A stretch of 64,000 nucleotides of DNA, taken from the NCBI GenBank assembly GCA_040954595.2, contig CM082584.2:11498552-11562551 (forward strand), given 5' to 3'. Source of the DNA: Balanoglossus misakiensis. Lineage: Eukaryota > Animalia > Hemichordata. A program made the translations under genes and the position numbers. This document shows, in pieces, positions 26,714 to 36,787 of the stretch. Numbering within the stretch: the stretch's first letter is position 1; every line of letters starts with the position of its first letter. The notes under the pieces were generated by a model. The model worked only from the letters and a program-made list of their open reading frames with translations, was not told where the DNA came from and did no database searches.

Positions 26714-27396
26714 TTAAAGGGGTTTGATGTAGACTGGTTTTATTACCGGACATTGTCTATCAGAAATACCCTGTATATGTGTTTGTATTTATCTCATTGC
26801 ATTTATCGCGTCCTGTTCTCAAGTTTTAAAGAGAAGCGCATCCTTTTGGAACTGTAAATACTTCAGATGTATATCTGGAAAAAAAATATTTTCAACTTTG
26901 AACTTTCTAAATCCGTGAAAAGAACAGTACTGCGCTATGAACTGGAAGCATTCTTCTCTTACAGTACAGTTTTACATCCAGTAGAATTATCCAGACAGAA
27001 TGGAGATTTTTTGAGTGTTAATCAGTATCGACTGCTGTTTGTCGAAATTTGAAATCCTTTCTCCTGCAAAATCTACGCCTTGACTTTTTCCTGTACAGGG
27101 ACAATTTTCTGTAGTACATGTATGTGGTTTGAAGGCTTTCTACTGTTTGTTTACCTTTAGTAGAAAGCGCAGTGTAGATCAGCAAGTTTTACATGTCATA
27201 ATATTCAAGAGGAGGTTACTGTATCAAGTCTTTGCAAACATACCAACTCATACTTTCCTGATTTTCCAGGAAAAAAACACAATACATCATCAGATGATAT
27301 GCACACAACAATGTCTTTCTGGTGTACCTGAAAACAATTACAGTGTTCAAAGATTCTTTTACATTATAGGGCATATGTACTTTCAGATCCAAGTGA

Positions 27397-27442
27397 ATTA
27401 AACTCACGGAAGACCAGGTAATACAAATTAGATAATTTTATT
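27397..27442. terminator. Candidate facing polyadenylation signals: ATTAAA (+, RNF220) and AATAAA (-, TSP1 gene)
   Basis: ATTAAA at 27397-27402 on + and TTTATT at 27437-27442, between the convergent stop codons. Confidence 0.4.
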
Positions 27443-28308
27443 ATCATGAAAAGAACATCCATATTATTATAACTCATTCAAAACTACTCATCTTATTTTT
27501 TTTCTATTTTAGCTATCAGTTTGACAGAGACATGAACTTCATAACAGTGTCTTTATCTGTAGCAAAATGTACATAAACACGAGCTATAATGCGTCTTATG
27601 TTAACTTATTTCAACTTCTTTTTGAACACTGCTAAATATAAGTTCGAATTATTGCAATGATAAATTTACAATTATCATGAGATGTGAAGCAGTGTTCTTG
27701 CGACATTAGACAACATTATGTAACAAATTTATTTTACAATTCTACTTGTATTTTTTATTTTATTTTTAGAAGCAAAAGACAGCTATGTACAGACCATATA
27801 CATTTTGATACAATGGAAGCTCATTTTTGATTGTAGGGTTACATAGACACTGAGCTGATCAGAGAGGTGGCTTAGCAGATTGATAGAAATTCACAAAAAA
27901 AGATCCATAAAATGTAAAACATACGGTTTACATGTAAAACTTTGAAGGAGGGGGAAATATGCTACTTTATCGATACCTTGATTTGGTGGAAGTCATTTGC
28001 TTGGTCAAGAAATTTTTATCGAAATTTGAATCAGTACAAGAATGACTTCTTTGCTTCAAAACAATACTCTGCGAGTTACGTATTTTACCATTAATACAAT
28101 AAAAAGTCGAGCAATAGTGCATTAATATTCGTAGAATTGTTTCCGCTGCAATCCTGAGAAAACTGTAAATAGTGATGTGTCAATTATTACAGCTTCATGA
28201 AATTTCCATTGTTGATTGTTTTTGATGTATTATTGATTAAAAGAGATACAGGCTGTAATGAAATATGGTCTATGGTATGCCTCTCTACAATTTTACAACT
28301 ATTCACTA

Positions 28309-28412
28309 TTAACTGACCATTATGTTCCAGGCACAGAGCCATAGAAATGAAGCTATCACAGTTGACAGGCTGGCCAATGTGACACTACAGCTGGCAGTCA
28401 GGTACTCCTTGA
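28309..28412 (-). CDS. Terminal exon with hydrophobic C-terminus ([34 protein letters not shown])
   Basis: TTTCAG acceptor, in-frame TAA; small residues followed by a hydrophobic end, as in a GPI-anchor signal. Confidence 0.72.
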
Positions 28413-31400
28413 CTGAAATGAGAAAAGTAGTGAAAGGTTTAGGTCTGGTTCAATATTGTTAAGGCCATGGTAAAGTTGCACCTATACACTCAGCAAGAGG
28501 ATGAAAGCAATCACGAAAAGTTTGAAGTCCCACGCAGTTAGTAGAGAAAAGTTCTGACATTATGTTTCATGAAACTCACCATCATAAGTTTCTTGCTGTG
28601 AGTACGCTTCTCCGTAGGAATTGACAGATTTGACGCGGACTGTGAAGGAACCACTGAGTAGTTGCATTTCTCCCTTGTTGCGCAACGCGACACTTTTCAC
28701 GGCTCCGTGAACCGTTCCAAAACTCTGCCACTGGAAGTGAGTGGCATTGACCTTGGCCAAAGCTGGTGTCTGGACTCGCTTAGCCTGCCAATGAAATTAT
28801 CATGATGTCATCAATGTCAATGAGTTAGCGCGGTGAAAGTGGACAAAGTTGCGGACCCCGCCCGGGTTTCTTATAAGTTTCTTATTTTTATCACGATTGG
28901 AACTACTTTGTGATAATGAAATCTTGAAAACAAACTTGACCGCCAGATCAATAATTTTTTACCTGGATGCTGTAGTAATCAGCTGCATTCCCAGTCATAT
29001 TGTCATCATCCCACATCAAATAGGCCGTATACTGCCACCCAGCAGTGGGTTGGGTTTGAATTCTCGAAAGTCGCAAGTTACTCGGTACTGGTGGTGGTCC
29101 TGTAAAGCAATTAAATGTTCTGGATTGAGATCTGTTGAGTTATTCAAAGTGATTTGTTTTGTAATATTCCTCACATAAAAGTTTTCTGAACTCTGCAGTG
29201 AACGTTCTGCACTGAAGCTATTCTCACCTGGGCATTCCTCATTTTCACGACAGGGGTAAGTCCTGGTAGGCAGTCCTGGACAGAAGCTACCATTGTGCTG
29301 TGGGGGTGGGTTTGTACATTCGCGGGCTGCAAAGTGAACACCGTCCCCACCACACACTACACTGCAGTTAGACCACTCTGACCATGAAGTCCAGCTACCA
29401 TCAACTGATAATCAAAACAGACAAAATTGTCGTTACAATAAAAAAATGCATTTTCATAGTATTTCACTGTTCAGAGTATTAACTCCCAAGTATAGAGTCA
29501 GTATTAAAAAGATCTTGGCCTTACTTGGACATGGGTTTGTGGCACACCATGTGCTATCATCTGGAGATCCTTGGCAGTCCATTCCATCATGTTTCGGGAC
29601 CGGGTTGTTACAAACTCGAGTTCGGTTGACAACAGCTCCACCACAGGTCACTGGACACTCACTCCATGGGGTCCAAGTAGTGTATCCTCCATGAACTATC
29701 AACAATTGAGAATAATTTGTCTATTACACACAATATTTGTTATTTCTCGATCTGCTCAGTGAATGTATTTCTCGACATTAATTTGAGAAGTTCCTTCGCT
29801 CTTCACCAATTTGAAAGCAAACTCACTTGGGCAGTGGAAAGCGTTGCACATTTTCTTTTCCGAGTCGATACCAGTGCATTCCTCGCCTCCGTACATGGCT
29901 GGCGGGTTGTCGCAGTACCGGAGTCTTTCCTTCAATCCGGCATTGCAGGATTGGGAACATCTGCTCCATGGCGTCCAAATTGTCCAGGCTCCATGCACTG
30001 CAATGCAGAATATTAACGGGAGATAATATGTTTTATGTTCAAGTAGAAAATATTTTAATTAAAATGATTCCATATTGTAAACATTAAAAACAATTCCACA
30101 GTACCTGGGCACTTATGAATGTTACAACTTTGTTGTAGCCTTGCCAATCCTTCGCACATAGTTCCACCGTAGATTGGTGATGGACTATTGCACAGTCGTA
30201 TTCTGATCTGCGTGCCTCCCTCACACTCTGCAGTACATCTGGTCCAGTCTGTCCATCTGCCCCAGTTGCCATTAACTATGACACACAAAGTGAAAAATCT
30301 ATGATTGGCAGAGGTGTGATCTTTTATTTGAGGTTTAATTTCCAACAGGCAGCTAGGCTTTTTTGTAACATAGTGGGAGATAAGACTAATCGATCAGACA
30401 TACTAGTATATTAAACTGACAGATTTCTATCCATACTTACTTGGGCACTGGATATTTCCATTGCAAATCTGGGATTCGCTGGCCCCACTCTCCGGGCAAC
30501 GTGTTCCGTTGTACATCGGTGCCGGATTGGAACAGTTGCGGTGCCGGAATATCTCGTATCCACCGCATGTGACAGGACATTCCGGCCACTCTCCCCACTC
30601 GGAAAATCCTCCATCAACTGAAAGGGAAATTAAACTATGAATTGTCAGATTTAACAATCATTCCATACATACATGTAATTCTGTGGTTCTTATGCTCAGC
30701 TCGAGTTGTGCAGAATTTGAGGATTTTCCATGAGTCTTTCCTGTGATCCAAGGAATGTGTAAACCCTGCATGAATGGCGGGAATATCACAAATGACCATG
30801 GCTGCATCACCCTCATCCCTGCCTGACACTAACTGTAAAAAAACAAAAGCAGAAACCTACTTGGACATCTGTGTTCATTGCAAGATTGTTGTTGAGTTTC
30901 CTCGGCCGGTTCCTCACCACTTTCCATTTCGGAATAACACGTGTATCCACCGTGAGCTGCTGCCGGATCACTGCAGCTTCTCACCCGGATCTGCGTTCCA
31001 TTCTCACAGGAGACTGTGCACTCATTCCATGGAGACCACTCCGACCAGCTTCCATTCACTTTCATCATCAGGAAAAAATATTATTATGGAATAAGTCAAA
31101 CCAAAATTCAACTAAAGGTATTTAACAGTCTTTTTAACACTGTTCTTTTTGTTTGTAAACTTCGATAAAAGTGAAAATGCGTACAGAAATCTCTGCAAGT
31201 GCAAATCCACACTCACCAGGACATGGATTGCCATTACAGACCATGGTATCATTCAGGGATCCATCACAAAATTCACCCCCGTACTGTGGGATTGGGTTGT
31301 TGCACAGTCTGCTGCGGAACAGGGAAAACCCGCCACAGGTGACTGGGCAATCATCCCAAGCTGTCCACTCACTGAAACCACCAGGAACTGTAATCAAAAT

Positions 31401-34400
31401 GAAATGGATATTTAGTGTTAATACTGAACTTTTAACTAATACTGCATTTCATCAGTGAAAATAAAAGCCCAGAAATCTTTCCATTGGAAAATTAAATACA
31501 TCAGCTGTGACAATTAAGGTAGGTAAATTTAAGGGATGATTTCTTACTTGGACAATGCTGTGTGTTGCAGTCGACACTCTGGAAGAACTCATCACGTCTC
31601 GGACATCGCCTCCCTCCCCACTCCGGGGCTGGTGATGTACATGTCCTCTCTCTTGTTGAGTTTCCTCCTCCGCATGTTACAGTACACTCACTCCAACTAG
31701 ACCATTCAGTCCATGCGCCATTGACTTTATACACAGAATCAAAATTGTAAGTAAGTTCTACACTGCATGTAAACTCTGGGAGGCAAAAGCCTCAGTTACT
31801 CACAATATGCAATCTAACCAAACCTATAGTAGCTCACAAATAAAAAACAAAATGTGATGACTAACCAGGACACCCGTTAGTGCTACAGTCTTTCTCCTCA
31901 GTGGGGGAACCAACACAGTCATCACCATCAAACAACGGGGGAGGATTGGTACATGTTCGAAGTCTGGTCACAGTGTCACCACCACAAGTCACAGGGCACT
32001 CAGTCCATGGGGACCACTTGGAAAATCCACCATGCACTGCAAGAAATCCATCAATGATTCTAATTTAATCTGAATCAATTCAACGTAAAATATCTCCAAT
32101 ACTTGTACTAGTATATGCATCAATTTAGGTATATCCAATTATTCACTAAAATGAAGGAATATGCTAAATTTGTCTTGTTGAGTTTACCAGGGCATATATG
32201 GGTATTACACTCCCTTTCTTCAATATCTATTCCCCTACAATCTTCTCCATCTGGTGGGCTGGGTGGAGGATTGTTGCACGTTCTATTTCGATTCTGAGTT
32301 CCTATTTCACAACTTCTGCTGCAGTCAGTCCAATCACTCCAATCGGACCAACCACCATCATCTAAAATATAAAGGAAATGATGTCTAGATTGGTATGGAT
32401 CCTATACATGTATATTCACATTAGTAGGCTAACAGCAATTCAAAAATCTGTTAAGGAAGTGGTACACACATGATTGAAATACCCAGAAAGGTTTTTCTTT
32501 TTAGATCAACCACGTGTTGCTTCTGATGGACCAATACAAGATACAGTGGATATACAGAAATGCATAGACCACTAAAATGACACTCAGCTGACAAAGTGTC
32601 TAACAAAGTGATTCTACTCACCCTCACATCTCTGAACGTAACATTCTGCACTCATGGTACCATTGCCTTCACACTCCATACCACCATACATAGCGGGCGG
32701 ACGGTCGCACAATCTAGATCGGGTGCGGTAACCACCTGACCCACATGTGAGACTACACTCGGACCAAGCTCCCCACCAACCCCAACTAGCGTGCACTGAA
32801 AAATATTACAATCAGAATGGTTTATAGTCGCAAAGGAGTTACAATGAACTGAATGGTAACCAATGAGATCATACAAAATGTCCTTTTTTATTTAATATGC
32901 GAAAAAGTTTTGAAAACTGGTACGGACCTGGGCAGATTTCAACGAGACAGCTTTCAGAGGCTGATGATGCACCAATACAGTGTATTCCACCATAGAGGGG
33001 CAAAGGATCATCACAATATCTGTCTCTATGTCGGATTCCCCATCCACAGGTGAGACTGCACTCTGTCCAGGAATTCCACTGGCCCCAGTTACCATCCTCT
33101 GCAATCAAGTCACATTTTCACATCATTTCTGGTATCTCTCTTTTTACAGTAGGTAAGTATGAACTGGTAGAGGTATAACTAATATACAGCTTGTAAGGTA
33201 CATTATGGTCTGATATTTGTTCCATCAAGATAATGTAAAATATATTTTTTGTATTGTATTGTATTTTGTATTGTATTGTATTGTATTGTATTGTGACAGA
33301 CATACTTACGTGGACAGATTACAATGAAGCACTGTCGACGCTGGGAGTCTCTACCCGGACAAGACTGGCCTCCATATTGTGGCGATGGATTCTCACACAG
33401 GCGCGACCGATCCTTCCGTCCAAAGTCACACGTAGATGAGCATTCAGACCACGATGTCCATTCTGCCCATCCTCCATCAACTAAACAAAAACAACACTCA
33501 TTGATGTTTACTCCTTTCTATTCATCACTTTTCTAATGGCAAACTCAAAAGAAAAACATCTTTGACTTTTTTCTACTTCTGTCAGAACTTTCCAAGTTTT
33601 TTTTAATACGACAGAAAAGTCATTCCAAGATATGGGACACTTACTGGGACAGTGGTGTGTATTACAATCTCTTTCTTCCATGCTGGTTCCATTGCATGGA
33701 TTGCCACCATAGAATGGTCCAATGCAGGACCTGGCCCTGGTGTGATTGCCGCCCCCACAGCTGACACTGCAACCAGACCAGTTGCCCCATGACTCATAGT
33801 AGCCATCCACTAGAAATAGTCAAAATCAAGGATTGATTTCATCTCGAGATGTTAATTAAATTATATCATTTAATAGGTAACAGACATGCATCTGTTATTT
33901 TCATGTACAAGAGTATTTCAGGGAAATCAAAGCTTTCGTTTACACACAGTAGATTACCTGGGCATGGATTAGTGTTACATATCTCAGTGTCATTCTTGGG
34001 CCCTAGGCATGGTTCTCCTCCAAACTGTGGTTCCAGACACTCCCTGTACCTGACCCGCTGTCCTGAACCACACGTTGTCGAACACTCACTCCATGAACCC
34101 CACTGGAACCACATTCCATCAACTGTCAATCAAATGAAAACATAAGTTGTAATAGATCAAATGCTTCATTTCCATATTTAATAGAATCTACACATTCTGT
34201 ATTGGCTTAATGTATGATCAATGATCAGTAAAGTTGAAAGTATTGTCTTTTGAGAAAGATGTGATTTTTCGAGCTTACTTGGGCAGAAAGCCAGAAGACA
34301 CTGCCGTCCTTGGAAGTCGTCTGACAACATACAGTCTTGTCCACCGTGCTGCGGTGCCGGATTTGTGCAGGAGCGTGTGCGAATCTCATTTCCCGCTCCG

Positions 34401-35871
34401 CAAGTGACGTCACACTGCGACCATGCTGTCCAGTCGGTCCAACCGCCATCAACTATTTTGTAAATCAAACGTTATTCACATTTCAGCAAACTGACTTACT
34501 TGAAAGTTATATTCAGTTGCTTTCATTGTAAGATCTGAGTATCAAACAAATAACACGTAGAGTTTGACTTACTGGGACAGAAGATGACAGGACAGGATTC
34601 CTCATCTGATTGAACATCTCCAGTATTTGCAGCTGACCTTGATCTAGTGAAAGTTCCATCGCCGCATGTCACATCACACAACCAAGAAGACCATTCGCCC
34701 CAAACTAATGTTAAAAATCAAAACATGGACAGCATTACCTAAGGTAAGAACCATTGGATTTCTAAGGGGGGGGGTAAAGTTTATCCAACTTGCCAAAGTC
34801 TGATTAGACTTGTTCATACTTTGTTCTAATCACTAAATAAAAACTTTAACCTCATGAATGGGTGTCTGTTGTACTTACTTGGACACTCTGGCTGTATGCA
34901 GACGGTTTGATCTGTCTGTGATTCGCCTGTTGATGGATTGCTTCTTGTTCTCGTCTGTGTGCCATTTCCACAGGTAACATCACAAGTCCAGTTGCTCCAT
35001 TCAGACCAGGATGAAGCCAGTACAGTAGCTGAAACAATGATTTAAGGGAAGAACCATTTGATTTTATGTGGGGGTGGAGGATTTGGGTATGTCAGCAAAT
35101 TTGTTTTCAGCCCACTGTTTTCCTGAAGTCATTGCCAACGACCCCCCCCCCCCCATCCTCTGCCCCCCATCCCTAAATTAAATGGTTCTCCCCTTAACAT
35201 GTTTCAGAGATGTTACCAGGTAAGTCAGAGCTGCAAAACACTCTTACCTAGAAATAATTTGTGACTATAAAGACTTAGATGATAAAAATCAAAATGACTT
35301 TTACATGTTTCTTGCAACTAAACCAATTCATAAGGAATGCCCATCCATTGAAGTATAAACTTCTCTTCTTTGACCCTGAAATGTGAGTCACCCCATACGC
35401 TATGTTTCATGGACCTTTATATCATGATGGAAATTCTCCCTCTGAAGACCATCATCCGAAATCAGTTGGGGGTTTTCAGATGGATTGTGGCCAAGTTGTA
35501 TGACTTAAAAACTTTCATCAACGCTATAACCAATAACCCTTTCACAAAATTAAGCATTGCTATTTGAAAACAGTGGAGTTAGACCAAATCATGAATTTGA
35601 TGATGTTAGCTGAAAGATTAAACCTGATATAGCTGAAACCTTCTCTGGCATCACTTTGAATCAACATCGATGAAGGAAAAGTCGTCCATATCAATCGTGG
35701 AAATGGACAAATGATAATAATATGACAGAACTACACTTCATACATATTCAAATACTCACGTAAAAATAGTGAACATCCCAAAAACAATGCAGCAATGTGT
35801 AAGCCACGGTGCCTGTAGGGAAACTTTTCTCCCCTTGGGGTCTGTGATGACCTGTATTTGGGTACCATCAT
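28309..35871 (-). CDS. Secreted or cell-surface thrombospondin type-1 repeat protein (signal peptide + 18 TSP1 + FN3-like domain + GPI-like tail; ~1205 aa, 22 exons). Would probably be auto-annotated as SCO-spondin-, hemicentin- or coadhesin-like
   Basis: All 22 exons have GT-AG boundaries and splice into one frame (3618 nt) from the ATG at 35871 to TAA at 28309. Each TSP1 exon shows W-x-x-W-x-x-W..C-x-x-(S/T)-C..R-x-R-x-C..C..C..C, except that the first two are shorter. Confidence 0.9.
28580..28784 (-). CDS. FN3-like domain, second half (..[21 protein letters not shown])
   Basis: GGCAG acceptor, G|GTGAGT donor; V-R-V-x-S-V-N-x-x-G is the FN3 F/G strand pattern. Confidence 0.82.
28963..29099 (-). 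CDS. FN3-like domain, first half ([11 protein letters not shown]...AYLMWDD...DYYSIQ)
   Basis: TTTACAG acceptor, CAG|GTAAAA donor; P-x-x-P-x-N-L..L-x-W..Y pattern typical of FN3. Confidence 0.8.
29228..29404 (-). CDS. TSP1 repeat 18
   Basis: [21 protein letters not shown]...; 177 nt. Confidence 0.9.
29525..29695 (-). CDS. TSP1 repeat 17
   Basis: [19 protein letters not shown]...; 171 nt. Confidence 0.9.
29827..29997 (-). CDS. TSP1 repeat 16
   Basis: [21 protein letters not shown]...; 171 nt. Confidence 0.9.
30105..30275 (-). CDS. TSP1 repeat 15
   Basis: [20 protein letters not shown]...; 171 nt. Confidence 0.9.
30441..30617 (-). CDS. TSP1 repeat 14
   Basis: [19 protein letters not shown]...; 177 nt. 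Confidence 0.9.
30861..31058 (-). CDS. TSP1 repeat 13 (with acidic insertion)
   Basis: [21 protein letters not shown]...[18 protein letters not shown]; 198 nt; AAG acceptor. Confidence 0.88.
31217..31387 (-). CDS. TSP1 repeat 12
   Basis: [19 protein letters not shown]...; 171 nt. Confidence 0.9.
31548..31724 (-). CDS. TSP1 repeat 11
   Basis: [21 protein letters not shown]...; 177 nt; AAG acceptor. Confidence 0.88.
31866..32036 (-). CDS. TSP1 repeat 10
   Basis: [20 protein letters not shown]...; 171 nt. Confidence 0.9.
32188..32361 (-). CDS. TSP1 repeat 9
   Basis: [21 protein letters not shown]...CNTHICP; 174 nt. Confidence 0.9.
32622..32795 (-). CDS. TSP1 repeat 8
   Basis: [22 protein letters not shown]...; 174 nt. 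Confidence 0.9.
32928..33098 (-). CDS. TSP1 repeat 7
   Basis: [20 protein letters not shown]...; 171 nt; weak GTCCGT donor. Confidence 0.87.
33250..33294. repeat. (TATTG)n pentanucleotide microsatellite, intronic
   Basis: Directly visible. Confidence 0.9.
33310..33480 (-). CDS. TSP1 repeat 6
   Basis: [20 protein letters not shown]...; 171 nt; not captured in frame by the ORF track. Confidence 0.9.
33645..33809 (-). CDS. TSP1 repeat 5
   Basis: [21 protein letters not shown]...; 165 nt. Confidence 0.9.
33958..34122 (-). CDS. TSP1 repeat 4
   Basis: [20 protein letters not shown]...; 165 nt. Confidence 0.9.
34279..34452 (-). CDS. TSP1 repeat 3
   Basis: [20 protein letters not shown]...; 174 nt. 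Confidence 0.9.
34573..34704 (-). CDS. TSP1 repeat 2 (short, 4 Cys)
   Basis: [24 protein letters not shown]...CPVIFCP; 132 nt. Confidence 0.88.
34879..35028 (-). CDS. TSP1 repeat 1 (short, 4 Cys)
   Basis: [30 protein letters not shown]...CIQPECP; 150 nt, phase 1-1. Confidence 0.88.
35046..35193. mobile_element. TTAA-flanked MITE (Kolobok-like GG termini) in intron 1 of the TSP1 gene
   Basis: TTAA|GGGAAGAACCATTTGATTT ... AAATTAAATGGTTCTCCCC|TTAA; a related partial end lies near 34740. Confidence 0.65.
35760..35871 (-). CDS. TSP1 gene exon 1, start codon and signal peptide (MMVPKY...[14 protein letters not shown])
   Basis: ATGATG start, hydrophobic stretch, C|GTGAGT phase-1 donor; continues PTVLA|SS in exon 2. 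Confidence 0.75.
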
Positions 35872-36355
35872 TCCGTAAACATTTGCTCCTCAAAGAGAAG
35901 AACTGAATACTAAAGCAGTGGTTAACTCAAAAGTCGTCTCAGATTTCGTGTACGATTTCTGTCAGCGTCCGCGTCCCTCAACAAATGGCCCGCTGGCGCG
36001 CGTTCAATATATTAGTTTTGGGAAACTCCGCACCATTGGTTTTTATGTTTCAAACTGTCCCATTGTATAAGGTACATCCGTGCTTCCATAAACCTAAGTC
36101 CATTATTCATAGTATAAAAGACAGGTACTGGGTAAAGCACGCACTCATTCGTGTTTGAACCCAGCAGACGAAATTCCAGCAGACGCCCGAAGCACACGTT
36201 TCCCGCGGTGAGACAGCGCCTCCAAGTGTTAGAATTTAAGATGTTTCGTGCACATACATCAGAGAATAATTATATTTTCTATAATTTTTTCACAGACATA
36301 TAGTGAGAGAGATTCCAAATGCCCTTTATTTTCCTTTACCAAAGAAGACAATGCA

Positions 36356-36361
36356 TGTCTA

Positions 36362-36410
<49 letters not shown>

Positions 36411-36517
36411 ATGTCTGTATGTATGTATGTATGTATGTATGTATGTATGTATGTATGTATGTATGTATGTATGTATGTATGTATGTATGTATGTATGTAT
36501 GTATGTATGTATGTATG

Positions 36518-36548
<31 letters not shown>

Positions 36549-36597
36549 TGTATGTATGTATGTATGTATGTATGTATGTATGTATGTATGTATGTAC

Positions 36598-36628
<31 letters not shown>

Positions 36629-36787
36629 TGTATGTATGTATGTATGTATGTATGTATGTATGTATGTATGTATGTATGTATGTATGTATGTATGTATGTA
36701 TGTATGTATGTATGTATGTTATGTATGTATGTATGTATGTATGTACGTATGTATGTATGTATGTACATATATGTATGTATGTATGTA
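36356..36787. repeat. Compound tetranucleotide microsatellite (TCTG)n then (TATG)n
   Basis: Directly visible, ~430 bp; produces the spurious MYVC/HTYI ORFs. Confidence 0.98.

Noticed and set aside
28309-35871. Naming the TSP1 gene SSPO, HMCN1, ADGRB or SEMA5
   Set aside because: The diagnostic domains of those families are absent from the complete model.
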